A stretch of DNA of 64,000 nucleotides from Bacillota bacterium (lineage in GTDB: Bacteria; Bacillota; SHA-98; UBA4971), in assembly GCA_014360195.1 (NCBI GenBank), contig JACIXY010000002.1, positions 5,986 to 69,985 on the forward strand, read 5' to 3'. The translations under genes were made by a program, and so were the position numbers. The notes beneath the pieces were generated by a model. It did no database searches. It saw only the letters and a program-made list of their open reading frames with translations, and was not told the DNA's origin. Positions within the stretch are counted from its first letter, which is position 1; the number at the start of each line of letters is the position of its first letter. This document shows positions 10,547 to 22,680 of the stretch, one piece after another.

Positions 10547-10597
10547 GAGTATAAGTTCGAGGACCACTGCCACCTCTACAGTCAAGGAAGGGATTCG

Positions 10598-12364
10598 ATG
10601 GCGCGACCTGAGAGGTTCCGTCTATCCAACAGGGAACTCGAAGTCATCCTGAACTCCACGCACGACGGCATGATCGCCGTCGACCGCGACGGGCTCATCA
10701 CAATCTTCAACGCCGCCGCAGCCCGTATCACAGGGCTCGACTCGGATGACATGATAGGCAAGCGGGCGCAGGATGTAATCCCCAACACCAGACTTCATGT
10801 CGTACTCGAAACCGGTCAGGCCGAACTCAACCAGCAACAGGTGCTGGGGGGAGTGAAGATCATCACAAACCGCGTGCCGGTCCGGGACGCCGACGGCAAC
10901 GTCATCGGCGCTGTCGCGGTCTTCAGGGACATCAGCGAAGTCATCTCGCTCGCGGAGGAGATCACCAACCTCCGCCAGATCCAGAGCCTCCTGGAAGCTA
11001 TCATCAACTCTACACAGGACGCCATCTCGGTCGTGGACGAGAACGGCATGGGGCTCCTCATCAACCCCGCCTACACCAGGCTGACCGGCCTCTCTGAGGA
11101 GGACGTCATCGGCAAGCCCGCCACCACTGACATCGCCGAGGGTGAGAGCATGCACTTGAAGGTGCTCCGCACGCGGCTTCCCGTGCGGGGCGCCCGCATG
11201 AAGGTGGGCCCCCGAAAGAAAGAGGTCATAGTCCATGCCGCGCCGATCATCGTTGATGATGAGCTCAAGGGCAGCGTCGCCGTGATCCATGATACTTCGG
11301 AGATCCGGCGGCTCACCGAGGAGCTTGACAGGGCGAAGAGGCTAATCAGGCGGCTCGAGGCCAAGTACACCTTCGATGACATAGTCGGGGTAAGTCCGAA
11401 AATGGCGCGCGCAATCGAACAGGCCAGGCGCGTGGCGGCAACGCCGGTGACCGTCCTCCTCAGAGGGGAGAGTGGGACCGGAAAGGAGCTTTTCGCCCAC
11501 GCCATCCACAACGCGAGCGACCGGGCACGCGGCCAGTTCATCAGGGTGAACTGCACCGCCATCGTGGACACGCTCCTTGAGTCGGAGCTTTTCGGCTATG
11601 AAGAGGGCGCGTTCACCGGTGCAAGGCGAGGTGGGAAGCGCGGGCTCTTCGAGGAGGCGAACGGCGGGACGATTTTCCTGGATGAGGTGGGGGCGACAAA
11701 CCTCGCGCTGCAGGCCAAGCTGCTACGCGTTCTTCAGGAGAAGGAGGTCGTGCGGGTTGGCGACACACGGCCGATACCCGTGGACGTGCGCGTGATAGCC
11801 GCCACCAACACCGACCTCGAGAAAGCCGTCCGCGAGGGGCGCATGCGAGAAGACCTCTACTACCGCCTCAATGTAGTGCCCATTTTCATCCCGCCGCTGC
11901 GGGAGCGCATCGAGGACATACCACTCCTGTGCCACAGCCTGATACGCCGATTCAACCAGGCTTACGGGCGGAACGTCAGTCGCATCTCCGAGGAAGCCCT
12001 CGACATCCTCACCGAGTACGACTGGCCCGGTAACGTCAGGGAATTGGAGAACGTTCTGAGCCGGGCCATCATCAACATGCACTACAGCGAGGTGGAGATC
12101 CTGCCAGGTCATTTGCCTGTCCTGGGCAGATTCCAGCAGGGGCTGCAGGCAACGCAGGTGAACGCTCAAACCGAAGTCCGGACCGGGGAGAAGCGATTGG
12201 CACAAGGCATCCCCAGGCTGCGCGAAGCCGTCGAGCGCGCCGAGAGGCGGGCCATCCTGCGTGCCCTCGAGGCGGCCGGGGGCAACAAGACCGCAGCAGC
12301 GAAGCTGCTTGGAATAGGCCTGCGCAGCCTCTACTACAAGATCAAGCGTTATGGGATCTCGTGA
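10598..12364 (+). CDS. sigma54-dependent enhancer-binding protein, PAS-PAS-AAA+-Fis HTH (BkdR-like)
   Basis: Two PAS repeats, GESGTGKE, GAFTGA, FLDEV, WPGNVREL, C-terminal HTH. Confidence 0.93.
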   Translation: MARPERFRLSNRELEVILNSTHDGMIAVDRDGLITIFNAAAARITGLDSDDMIGKRAQDVIPNTRLHVVLETGQAELNQQQVLGGVKIITNRVPVRDADGNVIGAVAVFRDISEVISLAEEITNLRQIQSLLEAIINSTQDAISVVDENGMGLLINPAYTRLTGLSEEDVIGKPATTDIAEGESMHLKVLRTRLPVRGARMKVGPRKKEVIVHAAPIIVDDELKGSVAVIHDTSEIRRLTEELDRAKRLIRRLEAKYTFDDIVGVSPKMARAIEQARRVAATPVTVLLRGESGTGKELFAHAIHNASDRARGQFIRVNCTAIVDTLLESELFGYEEGAFTGARRGGKRGLFEEANGGTIFLDEVGATNLALQAKLLRVLQEKEVVRVGDTRPIPVDVRVIAATNTDLEKAVREGRMREDLYYRLNVVPIFIPPLRERIEDIPLLCHSLIRRFNQAYGRNVSRISEEALDILTEYDWPGNVRELENVLSRAIINMHYSEVEILPGHLPVLGRFQQGLQATQVNAQTEVRTGEKRLAQGIPRLREAVERAERRAILRALEAAGGNKTAAAKLLGIGLRSLYYKIKRYGIS

Positions 12365-12558
12365 GTCTCGGCTCGGGAGTTGCTGCGCTGTCGCCCGAAG
12401 AGCGGACAAGGCGGCGACAAACCCGGAAGGTGCCAGGGAAGTTGGCAAGACAAGCGAGCTTGGGGCAGATGTGTTGGCATCGCTGCGCGCCCCCTGCTCA
12501 AGACACGAGCGTTTGGGCAAGGCGGGCGCGCGAGTGCCAGATCTCGGCGCGTACGTCC

Positions 12559-14730
<2,172 letters not shown>

Positions 14731-14760
14731 TACAAATCGTTCCTCCTCAAGCTATCGCTG

Positions 14761-15030
14761 CTACTTCCTGAGGCCGAGCCTATCGATGATGGCGCGATAC
14801 CTTTCGATATCCTTCTCCTTGAGGTAGTTAAGGAGATTGCGCCTCTGACCGACCATCTTCAGCAGCCCTCGTCGCGAATGATGATCCTTCCTGTGCTCCT
14901 TGAGGTGCTCCGTCAGACTGTTGATCCTCTCGGTGAGGATCGCGATCTGCACCTCTGGAGAGCCTGTGTCATTCTCGTGAAGCCTGTACTTCTCGATAAT
15001 CGCTTGTTTCTCGCCGGCGGGTAGAGCCAC
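14761..15030 (-). CDS. rpsO: 30S ribosomal protein S15
   Basis: [27 protein letters not shown]. Confidence 0.98.
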   Translation of the reverse strand: MALPAGEKQAIIEKYRLHENDTGSPEVQIAILTERINSLTEHLKEHRKDHHSRRGLLKMVGQRRNLLNYLKEKDIERYRAIIDRLGLRK

Positions 15031-15039
15031 GCCGTTCCA

Positions 15040-15112
15040 CCTCCTCAGAACGCTATCCCCCCATCGCCAAGAAACCCGTCGGAGGAGCGAGGAATCCTAG
15101 CGCTGGGTTCAT
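15040..15112 (-). promoter_or_regulatory. S15 ribosomal-protein leader RNA (Firmicutes type)
   Basis: AACC..GCTAGG..CC..CTCCTCCGACGG..CTTGGC..GGGGAT directly before the rpsO RBS. Confidence 0.6.
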
Positions 15113-15151
15113 CTTGCTTTGCGGCAGTAACGGGATTGCCGTCACGCACCA

Positions 15152-15180
15152 ATTCTATCATACAACCGATCCGTTGTAAA
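15152..15180 (-). promoter_or_regulatory. sigmaA promoter for rpsO
   Basis: TTTACA-N17-TAGAAT with extended TG. Confidence 0.7.
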
Positions 15181-15223
15181 CGACGCCGGGCCCCCCGGCG
15201 CCCCCCTTTGACAGCTTTGCGGG

Positions 15224-16222
15224 TTAGCTCGACGCCGCCGTGCCCGCGCGCCCGGCGGCCGCCTGCACACCACACTCAGTATGCCCTGCATGGCAGGAAG
15301 CGAGCACCTTTTGAGCGTTCCTGACGTCGTCGCCGATCTGGGATGCAAGGGCCGCCGCAGAACCGAACCTCATTTCGTCGCGCAGCCTCTCGATGAAGGA
15401 TACCCTCATGGTCTCCCCGTAGATGTCGCCTGTGAAATCCATGACAAACACCTCGATGCCAGGGACCCTGCCCTCGAACGTCGGCCGCACTCCCACGTTG
15501 GCCACGGCATGGAGTTGGAGGCCCCGGACCTGGGCAATCGCCGCGTAGACTCCCCTCGCCGGCACGGCCATTTCCCGGCTCACCCTGATGTTCGCCGTCG
15601 GATACCCGATGGTCCTCCCGCGTCCTTCCCCTGGGACCACCGTGCCTTTGATGGAGAAGGGTCTGCCGAGCATGGCGCACGCTCCCGCCACATCACCCCG
15701 CGCGAGACGTGCCCGGATCTCCGTGCTACCTACCGGCACTCCTCCGACGGCGACCGGCTCCGCAACCTCCACGTCGAAGCCGTACTTCTTGCCCAATTCC
15801 ACCAGAACAGCCGCGGTGCCATGGGCCCGCCATCCGAAGGTGTAATTGAAGCCGACGACGGCCTTCGCCGCCCGCAGGCCGTCGAGCAGTACTTCGCGCA
15901 CGAATTCCTCAGGCGTCGCACGGGCGAACGCCTCATCGAAGCGCGCCACGACCGCAACCTCGATCCCCGTCGCCTCAATGAGCGCAAGCTTGTCCTCGAT
16001 GTCTGTGAGCTGCGGAGGAGCGAACTGCGGCCGGATGACCTGGAGCGGGTGTCTGTCGAAAGTGAACGCCACGGCGCGTGCCCCGGCGCACTTTGCATAG
16101 GCCGCACATCTTCTGAGAATCTCCTGGTGCCCGAGGTGCACCCCGTCAAACGTCCCGAGAGCGACCACAGATCTGGGCATATCCACAGCGTCAACCTTTG
16201 CGAGATCGCTTATGACCTTCAC
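15224..16222 (-). CDS. ribF: Riboflavin kinase/FAD synthetase
   Basis: GTFDGVHLGH, GRTIGYPTAN, NVGVRPT; GTG start after GGAGG. Confidence 0.95.
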   Translation of the reverse strand: MKVISDLAKVDAVDMPRSVVALGTFDGVHLGHQEILRRCAAYAKCAGARAVAFTFDRHPLQVIRPQFAPPQLTDIEDKLALIEATGIEVAVVARFDEAFARATPEEFVREVLLDGLRAAKAVVGFNYTFGWRAHGTAAVLVELGKKYGFDVEVAEPVAVGGVPVGSTEIRARLARGDVAGACAMLGRPFSIKGTVVPGEGRGRTIGYPTANIRVSREMAVPARGVYAAIAQVRGLQLHAVANVGVRPTFEGRVPGIEVFVMDFTGDIYGETMRVSFIERLRDEMRFGSAAALASQIGDDVRNAQKVLASCHAGHTECGVQAAAGRAGTAASS

Positions 16223-16257
16223 GAGAGACCTCCTAACCCCAGCGTCACGTGATGGCC

Positions 16258-17214
16258 TCAACCCACAAACATCCTGACGGGGCGAAGATGCACCCGCTTC
16301 CCGGATCTCTCAACGCGCGCAACACCGAGAAGCTCGCCGGTGTCCCGGTGTACCCTTACAAGCTCGGCGCAACACCCGTCCCCGGGAACCGTACCCGCCT
16401 CCGACAGGCTGCCGGGATCACACTCGTTAACAGGAAGCTCAGCCGGCGCCCCGCTGGATACCCTCCTTGCGTCCTCGCCGCTCACCACCACGGCCGGTAG
16501 ATGGGACAGCCCCGTGGCGATGGGCAGTACCAGTTCCTGCAGGCGGTTCCCCCTCGCAGACGTCTCGATTTCATCCAGAGTGTGCGCATCTGACAGCCGG
16601 AAGGGCCCCACACGGGTGCGCACGAGCGACCCAAGATGCGCGCCGCACCCCAGCGACTCGCCGATGTCCGCCGCAAGCTGCCGGATATACGTCCCTGAGG
16701 AGCAGACGACGTTCACCCCTATCCTGCTCCCCACAACAAATGGTTCATCGGGCCACGACTCGACGTTGATCTCATATATCGTCACACGCCTGGGCGCACG
16801 CTCGACCTCGATTCCCTCGCGCGCAAGCTCGTAGAGCCGGCGCCCTTCGTGGTGGACTGCGGAGACCATCGGGGGCACCTGAAGGATCTCTCCTGTATAC
16901 CTCGCGAGCACCTCGCAGAACAGGTCCCTCGACACCCTGACCTCGTCCGCCATGCGGACCACTGTGCCCGACGCGTCGTGCGTATCGGTGACTATGCCGA
17001 GAACTATCTCAGCCCTGTAGGCCTTCGGCAGCCCCAGCATGAACTGCATGGCAGCAGTGGCCCTGCCGAGGAGGACCACGAGAACGCCGGTGGCATCGGG
17101 ATCAAGCGTCCCTGCGTGCCCGACCCTCTTTTCCCCCGTGGTTCGCCTGATGCGCGCAACCACGTCATGGGATGTCATCCCGCCAGGTTTCGCCACCACC
17201 AGGATACCGTCCAT
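16258..17214 (-). CDS. truB: tRNA pseudouridine(55) synthase
   Basis: KPGGMTSHDVV, GHAGTLDP, CSSGTYIR. Confidence 0.97.
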   Translation of the reverse strand: MDGILVVAKPGGMTSHDVVARIRRTTGEKRVGHAGTLDPDATGVLVVLLGRATAAMQFMLGLPKAYRAEIVLGIVTDTHDASGTVVRMADEVRVSRDLFCEVLARYTGEILQVPPMVSAVHHEGRRLYELAREGIEVERAPRRVTIYEINVESWPDEPFVVGSRIGVNVVCSSGTYIRQLAADIGESLGCGAHLGSLVRTRVGPFRLSDAHTLDEIETSARGNRLQELVLPIATGLSHLPAVVVSGEDARRVSSGAPAELPVNECDPGSLSEAGTVPGDGCCAELVRVHRDTGELLGVARVERSGKRVHLRPVRMFVG

Positions 17215-17225
17215 GGCCCACGGAC

Positions 17226-18200
17226 CTACCTCGCCGCCGCCATCATCTCGTATACCTTGCGAAGCACGGCCTGCCTCGCGTCCTCCAGTGAGGTGGCCTC
17301 CACGCTACAACCCGCGGCTCTCGAGTGGCCGCCGCCGTTGAATGCTTCGGCGAGCGCGCTTACATCGAAATCTCCCCTGGACCTCATGCCCACGCGGATC
17401 TTGCCTTCGGCGCTCTCTCTGAAGAGCAGGGCCACCTCGACGCCCTTCACCATGCGAGGGTAATTCACAAAACCCTCGGTCTGCCCTTCATCGACTCCGA
17501 ATTCCGACAGCCACTCGCGCCTCACCTCGACCCACGCAACCTTTCCGGCCTCATCAGTCTGCAAAGTATCGAGCACTCGGCCGAGGAGCTTCAGGCTACC
17601 CAGGGTCTTGGTTTCATAGACTTGCTCAGAGATCCTGAACGGCTCAGCACCCTTTTCCACCAGTCTGGCGGCGATACGGAGCGTGGTCGGGCTGGTGTTG
17701 GAGAACCGGAAGAACCCCGAGTCGGTCCCCACAGCCGTGAAGAGGCAGGTCGCCATGTCCCTGTCCACCGGCACTCGCATGGCTGTCAGGATCCTATAGA
17801 CCTGCTCACCCACGGCAGCCGCACCCGGGTCAACGTAATTGTATGTGCCGAACATCTTGTTGGTAACGTGATGGTCGACGTTGATCACAGGCACCCCCGA
17901 GGGGATCCTGCTGGCGATCCCCTCGATACGATCGAGGTCGCTCGAGTCGAGGATCACAGCCGCGTCGAACTCCCCAGAGATGCGGTCAGGCGTGACTATC
18001 CTGTTTGAGCCTGGCAGAAAGCTCAGGCTGTCAGGCAAGCCCCCGGGACAGGAAAGAACCACACGCCTTCCGGTCTTCTGGAGTCCGAAGCCGAGGCCGA
18101 GAGTGGAGCCGATAGCATCTCCATCGGGCAACACGTGAGTTGCTATGAGAAACGCACGGTACCGCAGGAGGATGCGCGCGATGTCCTCATGGCTCTCCAC
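17226..18200 (-). CDS. nrnA: DHH/DHHA1 oligoribonuclease / pAp phosphatase
   Basis: HVLPDGDA, DHH, GGGH; conserved position after rbfA. Confidence 0.9.
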   Translation of the reverse strand: MESHEDIARILLRYRAFLIATHVLPDGDAIGSTLGLGFGLQKTGRRVVLSCPGGLPDSLSFLPGSNRIVTPDRISGEFDAAVILDSSDLDRIEGIASRIPSGVPVINVDHHVTNKMFGTYNYVDPGAAAVGEQVYRILTAMRVPVDRDMATCLFTAVGTDSGFFRFSNTSPTTLRIAARLVEKGAEPFRISEQVYETKTLGSLKLLGRVLDTLQTDEAGKVAWVEVRREWLSEFGVDEGQTEGFVNYPRMVKGVEVALLFRESAEGKIRVGMRSRGDFDVSALAEAFNGGGHSRAAGCSVEATSLEDARQAVLRKVYEMMAAAR

Positions 18201-18577
18201 TACTCCCGGCCTCCCTTTTCGTTCCCTATCTCTTTCTCGCTCTGGATCTCCTTCAGGAGCTCGAATACCCGCGCTCCGCGCTTTATCGACGTATCGTAGC
18301 GGAAGATGATCTCCGGGGTATGACGCAGCCTGATGCGCCGGCCTATCTCGCTGCGAACGAACCCGGTGGCGCTCTCAAGAGCAGCCATGGTCTCATCCAC
18401 CTGGGCCTTATCGCCCATGACGCTTACGAAGACCTTCACGTGTCGCAGATCGTCTGACACCTCCACGTCGGTGACGGTGGCAAACCCCAGCCGTGGGTCT
18501 TTGATCTCACGAGCCAGGATGTCTGCCACCTCGGAACGGATCGCCTCCGCAACCCTCTCAACCCTGAGTCGAGCCAT
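18200..18577 (-). CDS. rbfA: Ribosome-binding factor A
   Basis: IKDPRLG, LRHTPEIIF. Confidence 0.97.
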   Translation of the reverse strand: MARLRVERVAEAIRSEVADILAREIKDPRLGFATVTDVEVSDDLRHVKVFVSVMGDKAQVDETMAALESATGFVRSEIGRRIRLRHTPEIIFRYDTSIKRGARVFELLKEIQSEKEIGNEKGGRE

Positions 18578-18610
18578 CTCCCATCACCTTCCGACGCTAA
18601 ACGATGGTCT

Positions 18611-18892
18611 TCAAACAATGGTCCTCTCGCAACTGGTCACCTCGAGATCCGCCTCCATCTCGATATCGCGCAGCACGCGTGAAAGCACGCTCTCCACGAG
18701 CCTCATCTCGTTGGAGACACACGCGACCCCGAGCGTGGAGCGCTGCCACAGGTCACAATCGGCAACCTCGGCGATGGCCACGTTGTGCCTGGCCCTTACT
18801 CTGTCGCAGACTCTCTTGACGACACGCCGCTTGTCCTTGAGAGACGCGGCCCCGCCTATGAAGACCTCGATCTTCAGAATGCCGACTATCAT
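18611..18892 (-). CDS. ylxP: DUF503 family protein
   Basis: SLKDKRRVV, NVAIAEV, DLWQ; lies between infB and rbfA. Confidence 0.9.
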   Translation of the reverse strand: MIVGILKIEVFIGGAASLKDKRRVVKRVCDRVRARHNVAIAEVADCDLWQRSTLGVACVSNEMRLVESVLSRVLRDIEMEADLEVTSCERTIV

Positions 18893-18908
18893 CGCCCCGT
18901 ACCTTCTG

Positions 18909-19032
18909 TAACTGAAGGTTCGCTAGTTCCTCCCGCTTTGCCAACATCTGGGGGTTGCCGGTGTTGCACTTTCTTTTTGAGTCACCGGAAACCCCTCCCG
19001 AAAGCCGGGAGCATTTCTGAACTCTCACCTAG
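18909..19032 (-). repeat. Modular palindromic MITE-like repeat, copy 2 (short class)
   Basis: Reverse complement CTAGGTGAGAGTTCAGAAATGCTCCCGG...GGGTTTCCGGTGACTCAAAAAGAAAGTGCAACACCGGCAACCC...ACTAGCGAACCTTCA. Confidence 0.85.
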
Positions 19033-19038
19033 GCACCT

Positions 19039-22000
19039 CTATAGCTCGCGGCGGGTTTCCTCCACCTTGAAGGCCTCGATGACGTCGCCTTCCTTGATGT
19101 CCTGGAAGTTCGCGAGGCCAATCCCGCATTCGTACCCCGTCGCAATCTCGGAGACGTCATCCTTGAACCTCTTCAGCGACTCGATCCTGCCTTCGTGTAC
19201 GACCACGTTGTCGCGGAGGACACGCACCAGCGCGTCTCGCGTGATCTTGCCCTCGCTCACCTTGCACCCGGCCACAACCCCGACCTTCGGAACGTGGAAG
19301 GTGGCCATCACGTCGGCTCGCCCGATGGTTACCTCGCGCTTCTCCGGTTCAAGCAAGCCTTCCATGGCGGCCTTCACATCGGCCGTGGCGTCGTAGATGA
19401 TCCTGTAAAGGCGGACGTCCACGCGATCCCGCTCGGCCATCTTCTTCGCGTTGACGTCGGGCCGCACCTGGAACCCGATGATGATGGCCCCCGACGCGGA
19501 CGCCAGCATGACGTCGCTCTCGGTGATGGCACCCACGCCCGCATGGATCACGTTCACCTTGACCTCGTCGGTGGACAGGTTCTCCAGCGACTGCCTGAGC
19601 GCCTCCACGGACCCCTGGACGTCAGCCTTGATGATCAGATTGAGTTCCTTGACCTCACCCTCTTTGATCTTGCCAAAAAGGGCCTCCAGGCTGACCGCGC
19701 GTGCCCCCTGGATTTCCTCGGCCCGCTTTCTCTCAGAACGCCTTGCGGCGAGCTGCTTCGCCAGCTTGTCTTCGGGCACCACATGAAGCACGTCGCCGGC
19801 CTGCGGCACCTCAGAAAACCCGAGCACCTCCACGGGCATGGACGGCCCTGCGGCTTCAACAGGCCTGCCCTGGTCGTCGGTCATGGCGCGGACCTTGCCG
19901 AACACCTCGCCGGCAACGATGGCATCGCCCACCCGGAGCGTGCCCTTTTCAACCAGGACCGTGGCAACCGGTCCCCTCCCCCTGTCGAGCCTCGCCTCTA
20001 TTACGGTGCCCTTCGCCGGACGGTCGGGATTGGCTTTGAGCTCCCTCATATCGGCGACGAGCAGGATCATCTCCAGGAGGTCCTGGATGCCCTGCTTGCG
20101 GAGGGCGGATATCTCGACGGTGACGGTGTCCCCACCCCACTCCTCAGGCACGAGGCCTTGCTGGGCAAGCTCCTGCTTGACCCTGTCAGGCTGGGCGTTT
20201 GCCTTGTCTATCTTGTTTATCGCGACGACGATCGGTACCTTCGCAGCCCGGGCGTGGTTGATAGCCTCTATGGTCTGCGGCATCACCCCGTCGTCTGCGG
20301 CAACCACGAGAACCGCGATGTCTGTCACCTGGGCACCACGGGCCCGCATCGCCGTGAACGCTTCGTGGCCCGGCGTATCTATGAAGGTGATCTTCCTGCC
20401 ACCAAGCTCCACCTGGTAGGCGCCGATGTGCTGAGTAATGCCTCCGGCTTCCTGCGCGGTGACGTTGGTCTGGCGTATGGCGTCGAGAAGCGACGTCTTT
20501 CCGTGGTCGACGTGCCCGAGCACCGTCACCACGGGCGGCCTCGGCTTGAGAGCCTCCGGCGCGTCTGGAACGTCCTCGATTCCAAACTCCCGCGCCTCCT
20601 TCTGCTCGAGAGGCTCCACATCAAAGCCGTGCTCATCGGCAACCAGGCTCGCAGCATCGAAGTCGATCTCCTGGTTGATGGTGGCGAGAACCCCCATGGA
20701 CATCAGAGACTTGATGACCTCGGCAGAGCCAACGCCGAGCTTCTCCGCGAGTTCCCCTACGGTGATGCTGGCAGGCAGCGCGATCTTCGTTTGTCTCTTC
20801 GGATGCTCCCGCTTCCTGGTAGTAGCGGCGGCCGGCTGCGTTGCAGCTGCGCGCCTGGGCATCCTCGCCCTGATGATGGCTTCGGCCCGTGCTTCCCGCA
20901 ATTTCTCCGCGCCTTTGCCGCTCTTTATCAAATCCAGCCTGCGCTCCGGGCGGCGCTCCTTCTGCTCCCTCCGCTCTTCCTTGCGTTCCCTCCTGGCCTC
21001 AGCCTTCTGGGGACGCTCGGCAGAAGGCTTCTTCGCCTCTGGAACCGGAGCATGGACCGGTCGCGGTCGCGCGCCGGCTGCAGCGCCTGCCGCCGGATGA
21101 CCGGCGTCAGGGTGCCTCACAGCGGGCTGCCTCGCAGCAGGCTGCCTCGCAGCGTCAGGGGTGGCGGCTGGTACCTTCTCCGCCTCGTCGGCTCGCCGGA
21201 CGGCGCCCGCCTCGCTGGCCCGAGCTTCCTCAGGGTGTGCGACCCTTGCCACAGAAGGGGCGGTCGGGGCAGCCTCTTCATCTGGTCGCCGCGAGACCTC
21301 GGCCGGCGCTGCATCCACAGACGGCGCCTGCGCACCCGCGGCAGCCGGTCCTGCACGGACAGCCTTCGCAGCGGGAGCCCTCGGTGCGGCTTCCGGAGCT
21401 TTCTCCGGCACCTTCGCGGCAACCTCCGGTGTCTCGGGCGCTACCGGCCCTGCACCCGCAGCCTGCGGAGCAGGCTTCTCCGGCTGGCGCACAACGGGAA
21501 TGGCCTCAGATGGCGCAGAAGGCGCCCGCTCCGCTTCCGACGTAACCCGTTCCGGCGGAGCCGAAGGCACCGTTGGACGGATCTGCCTGGGCCTCTTGAG
21601 GACCTCAGGTTTACCTTCAGCAGGCCCTGCCGCCCCAGGGGTCCTGGCCGCGACGCCCGCTACCCCAGGGCCGGAACGAGCGGGCCGGGCCTGGGCCCTT
21701 GTTCGCAGAGGCGGCACGGTCGGAGCGATCTGCGTCGGCCAATGCCTCCTCCCCCCGGAACGTTGTCCAGCAGGAGAAGCGCCTGCCGGGGTCCACCTCC
21801 GCTCCTGACGCTCGCGGGACGGCGGATGAGCAGCCGCCGTCCTGCCGTCGGTAACAGGTCTCGGCCCTCGGCCGAGCCTCTGCCCGGAAGCAGCTGGAGC
21901 GCCAGGGCGCGACGCCCTGACATCGCCGGCAGCGGGACGAGGTTTTCCCGCGCCACGCCCCAGCATCGCCCCCCGCGAAGTGGTCGGCCTTGGCAGCGGA

Positions 22001-22287
22001 ACGGGCTTCGGCTTTGGCTTCGGCTTCTCACGGGGCGGCGGTGTCTCCTTCGCCGCAGGTTTCTCCTGTTCCACAGCGGGTTGGGCGCGCCCGACAGCAG
22101 GGCTCTCGGGCTCTTTGCGCCCTTCTCTCTCGGCAAACCTGTTCTTTATAAACCTGACTACGTTATCCTCCAGGGCGCTCATGTGGTTCTTGTCGCGCAC
22201 GCCGGACTCGGCCAGGAGATCAAGGATCTCCTTGCTGTTCTTGCCAAGCTCGCGTGCGAGCTCGTATACCCTGGTCTTCTTCCCCAT
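19039..22287 (-). CDS. infB: Translation initiation factor IF-2 with a long Pro/Ala/Arg-rich N-terminal linker
   Basis: [29 protein letters not shown] 22287. Confidence 0.97.
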   Translation of the reverse strand: MGKKTRVYELARELGKNSKEILDLLAESGVRDKNHMSALEDNVVRFIKNRFAEREGRKEPESPAVGRAQPAVEQEKPAAKETPPPREKPKPKPKPVPLPRPTTSRGAMLGRGAGKPRPAAGDVRASRPGAPAASGQRLGRGPRPVTDGRTAAAHPPSRERQERRWTPAGASPAGQRSGGRRHWPTQIAPTVPPLRTRAQARPARSGPGVAGVAARTPGAAGPAEGKPEVLKRPRQIRPTVPSAPPERVTSEAERAPSAPSEAIPVVRQPEKPAPQAAGAGPVAPETPEVAAKVPEKAPEAAPRAPAAKAVRAGPAAAGAQAPSVDAAPAEVSRRPDEEAAPTAPSVARVAHPEEARASEAGAVRRADEAEKVPAATPDAARQPAARQPAVRHPDAGHPAAGAAAGARPRPVHAPVPEAKKPSAERPQKAEARRERKEERREQKERRPERRLDLIKSGKGAEKLREARAEAIIRARMPRRAAATQPAAATTRKREHPKRQTKIALPASITVGELAEKLGVGSAEVIKSLMSMGVLATINQEIDFDAASLVADEHGFDVEPLEQKEAREFGIEDVPDAPEALKPRPPVVTVLGHVDHGKTSLLDAIRQTNVTAQEAGGITQHIGAYQVELGGRKITFIDTPGHEAFTAMRARGAQVTDIAVLVVAADDGVMPQTIEAINHARAAKVPIVVAINKIDKANAQPDRVKQELAQQGLVPEEWGGDTVTVEISALRKQGIQDLLEMILLVADMRELKANPDRPAKGTVIEARLDRGRGPVATVLVEKGTLRVGDAIVAGEVFGKVRAMTDDQGRPVEAAGPSMPVEVLGFSEVPQAGDVLHVVPEDKLAKQLAARRSERKRAEEIQGARAVSLEALFGKIKEGEVKELNLIIKADVQGSVEALRQSLENLSTDEVKVNVIHAGVGAITESDVMLASASGAIIIGFQVRPDVNAKKMAERDRVDVRLYRIIYDATADVKAAMEGLLEPEKREVTIGRADVMATFHVPKVGVVAGCKVSEGKITRDALVRVLRDNVVVHEGRIESLKRFKDDVSEIATGYECGIGLANFQDIKEGDVIEAFKVEETRREL

Positions 22288-22316
22288 ATACCCACCACCT
22301 TCAAAGCTTCGCGGTC

Positions 22317-22625
22317 TCAGGCCGGAGGCTCTGCACCCGCGCATGAGGAGATTTGACGCATGAGACCATCCACCACTTCTTCGGGCACGGCCGCCTCAAG
22401 GGCCGCGTCCAGTCTCTTTCCCTTCAATGCCAGTTCCAGGCACCTGGGGTCAGGGCAAATGTAAGCCCCCCGCCCTGAGCGCTTCCCGGTCGGGTCCACT
22501 TCAACGAGACCCTCCGGCGTGCGCACGATCCTGACAAGTTCCTTCTTGGGCCGGACCTGCCTGCACCCCACGCATGTGCGCTGTGGGACTTTCTTCACTT
22601 TCTGACGGGCCTTGCCTCTCGCCAT
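22317..22625 (-). CDS. ylxR: YlxR/RnpM family RNA-binding protein
   Basis: [15 protein letters not shown]. Confidence 0.93.
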   Translation of the reverse strand: MARGKARQKVKKVPQRTCVGCRQVRPKKELVRIVRTPEGLVEVDPTGKRSGRGAYICPDPRCLELALKGKRLDAALEAAVPEEVVDGLMRQISSCAGAEPPA

Positions 22626-22680
22626 TCCTGAAAACCACCCGCTTTCACCTTCTCCAGGCGCAAGCCCCCGTTACCGGTCG

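Noticed and set aside
19195..22356. Long opposite-strand ORFs (for example 19195-22356 +, 7272-9170 -, 40013-41521 +, 50530-52233 +, 61748-63511 +)
   Set aside because: Antisense shadows of well-supported genes, expected in high-GC DNA; no recognisable motifs
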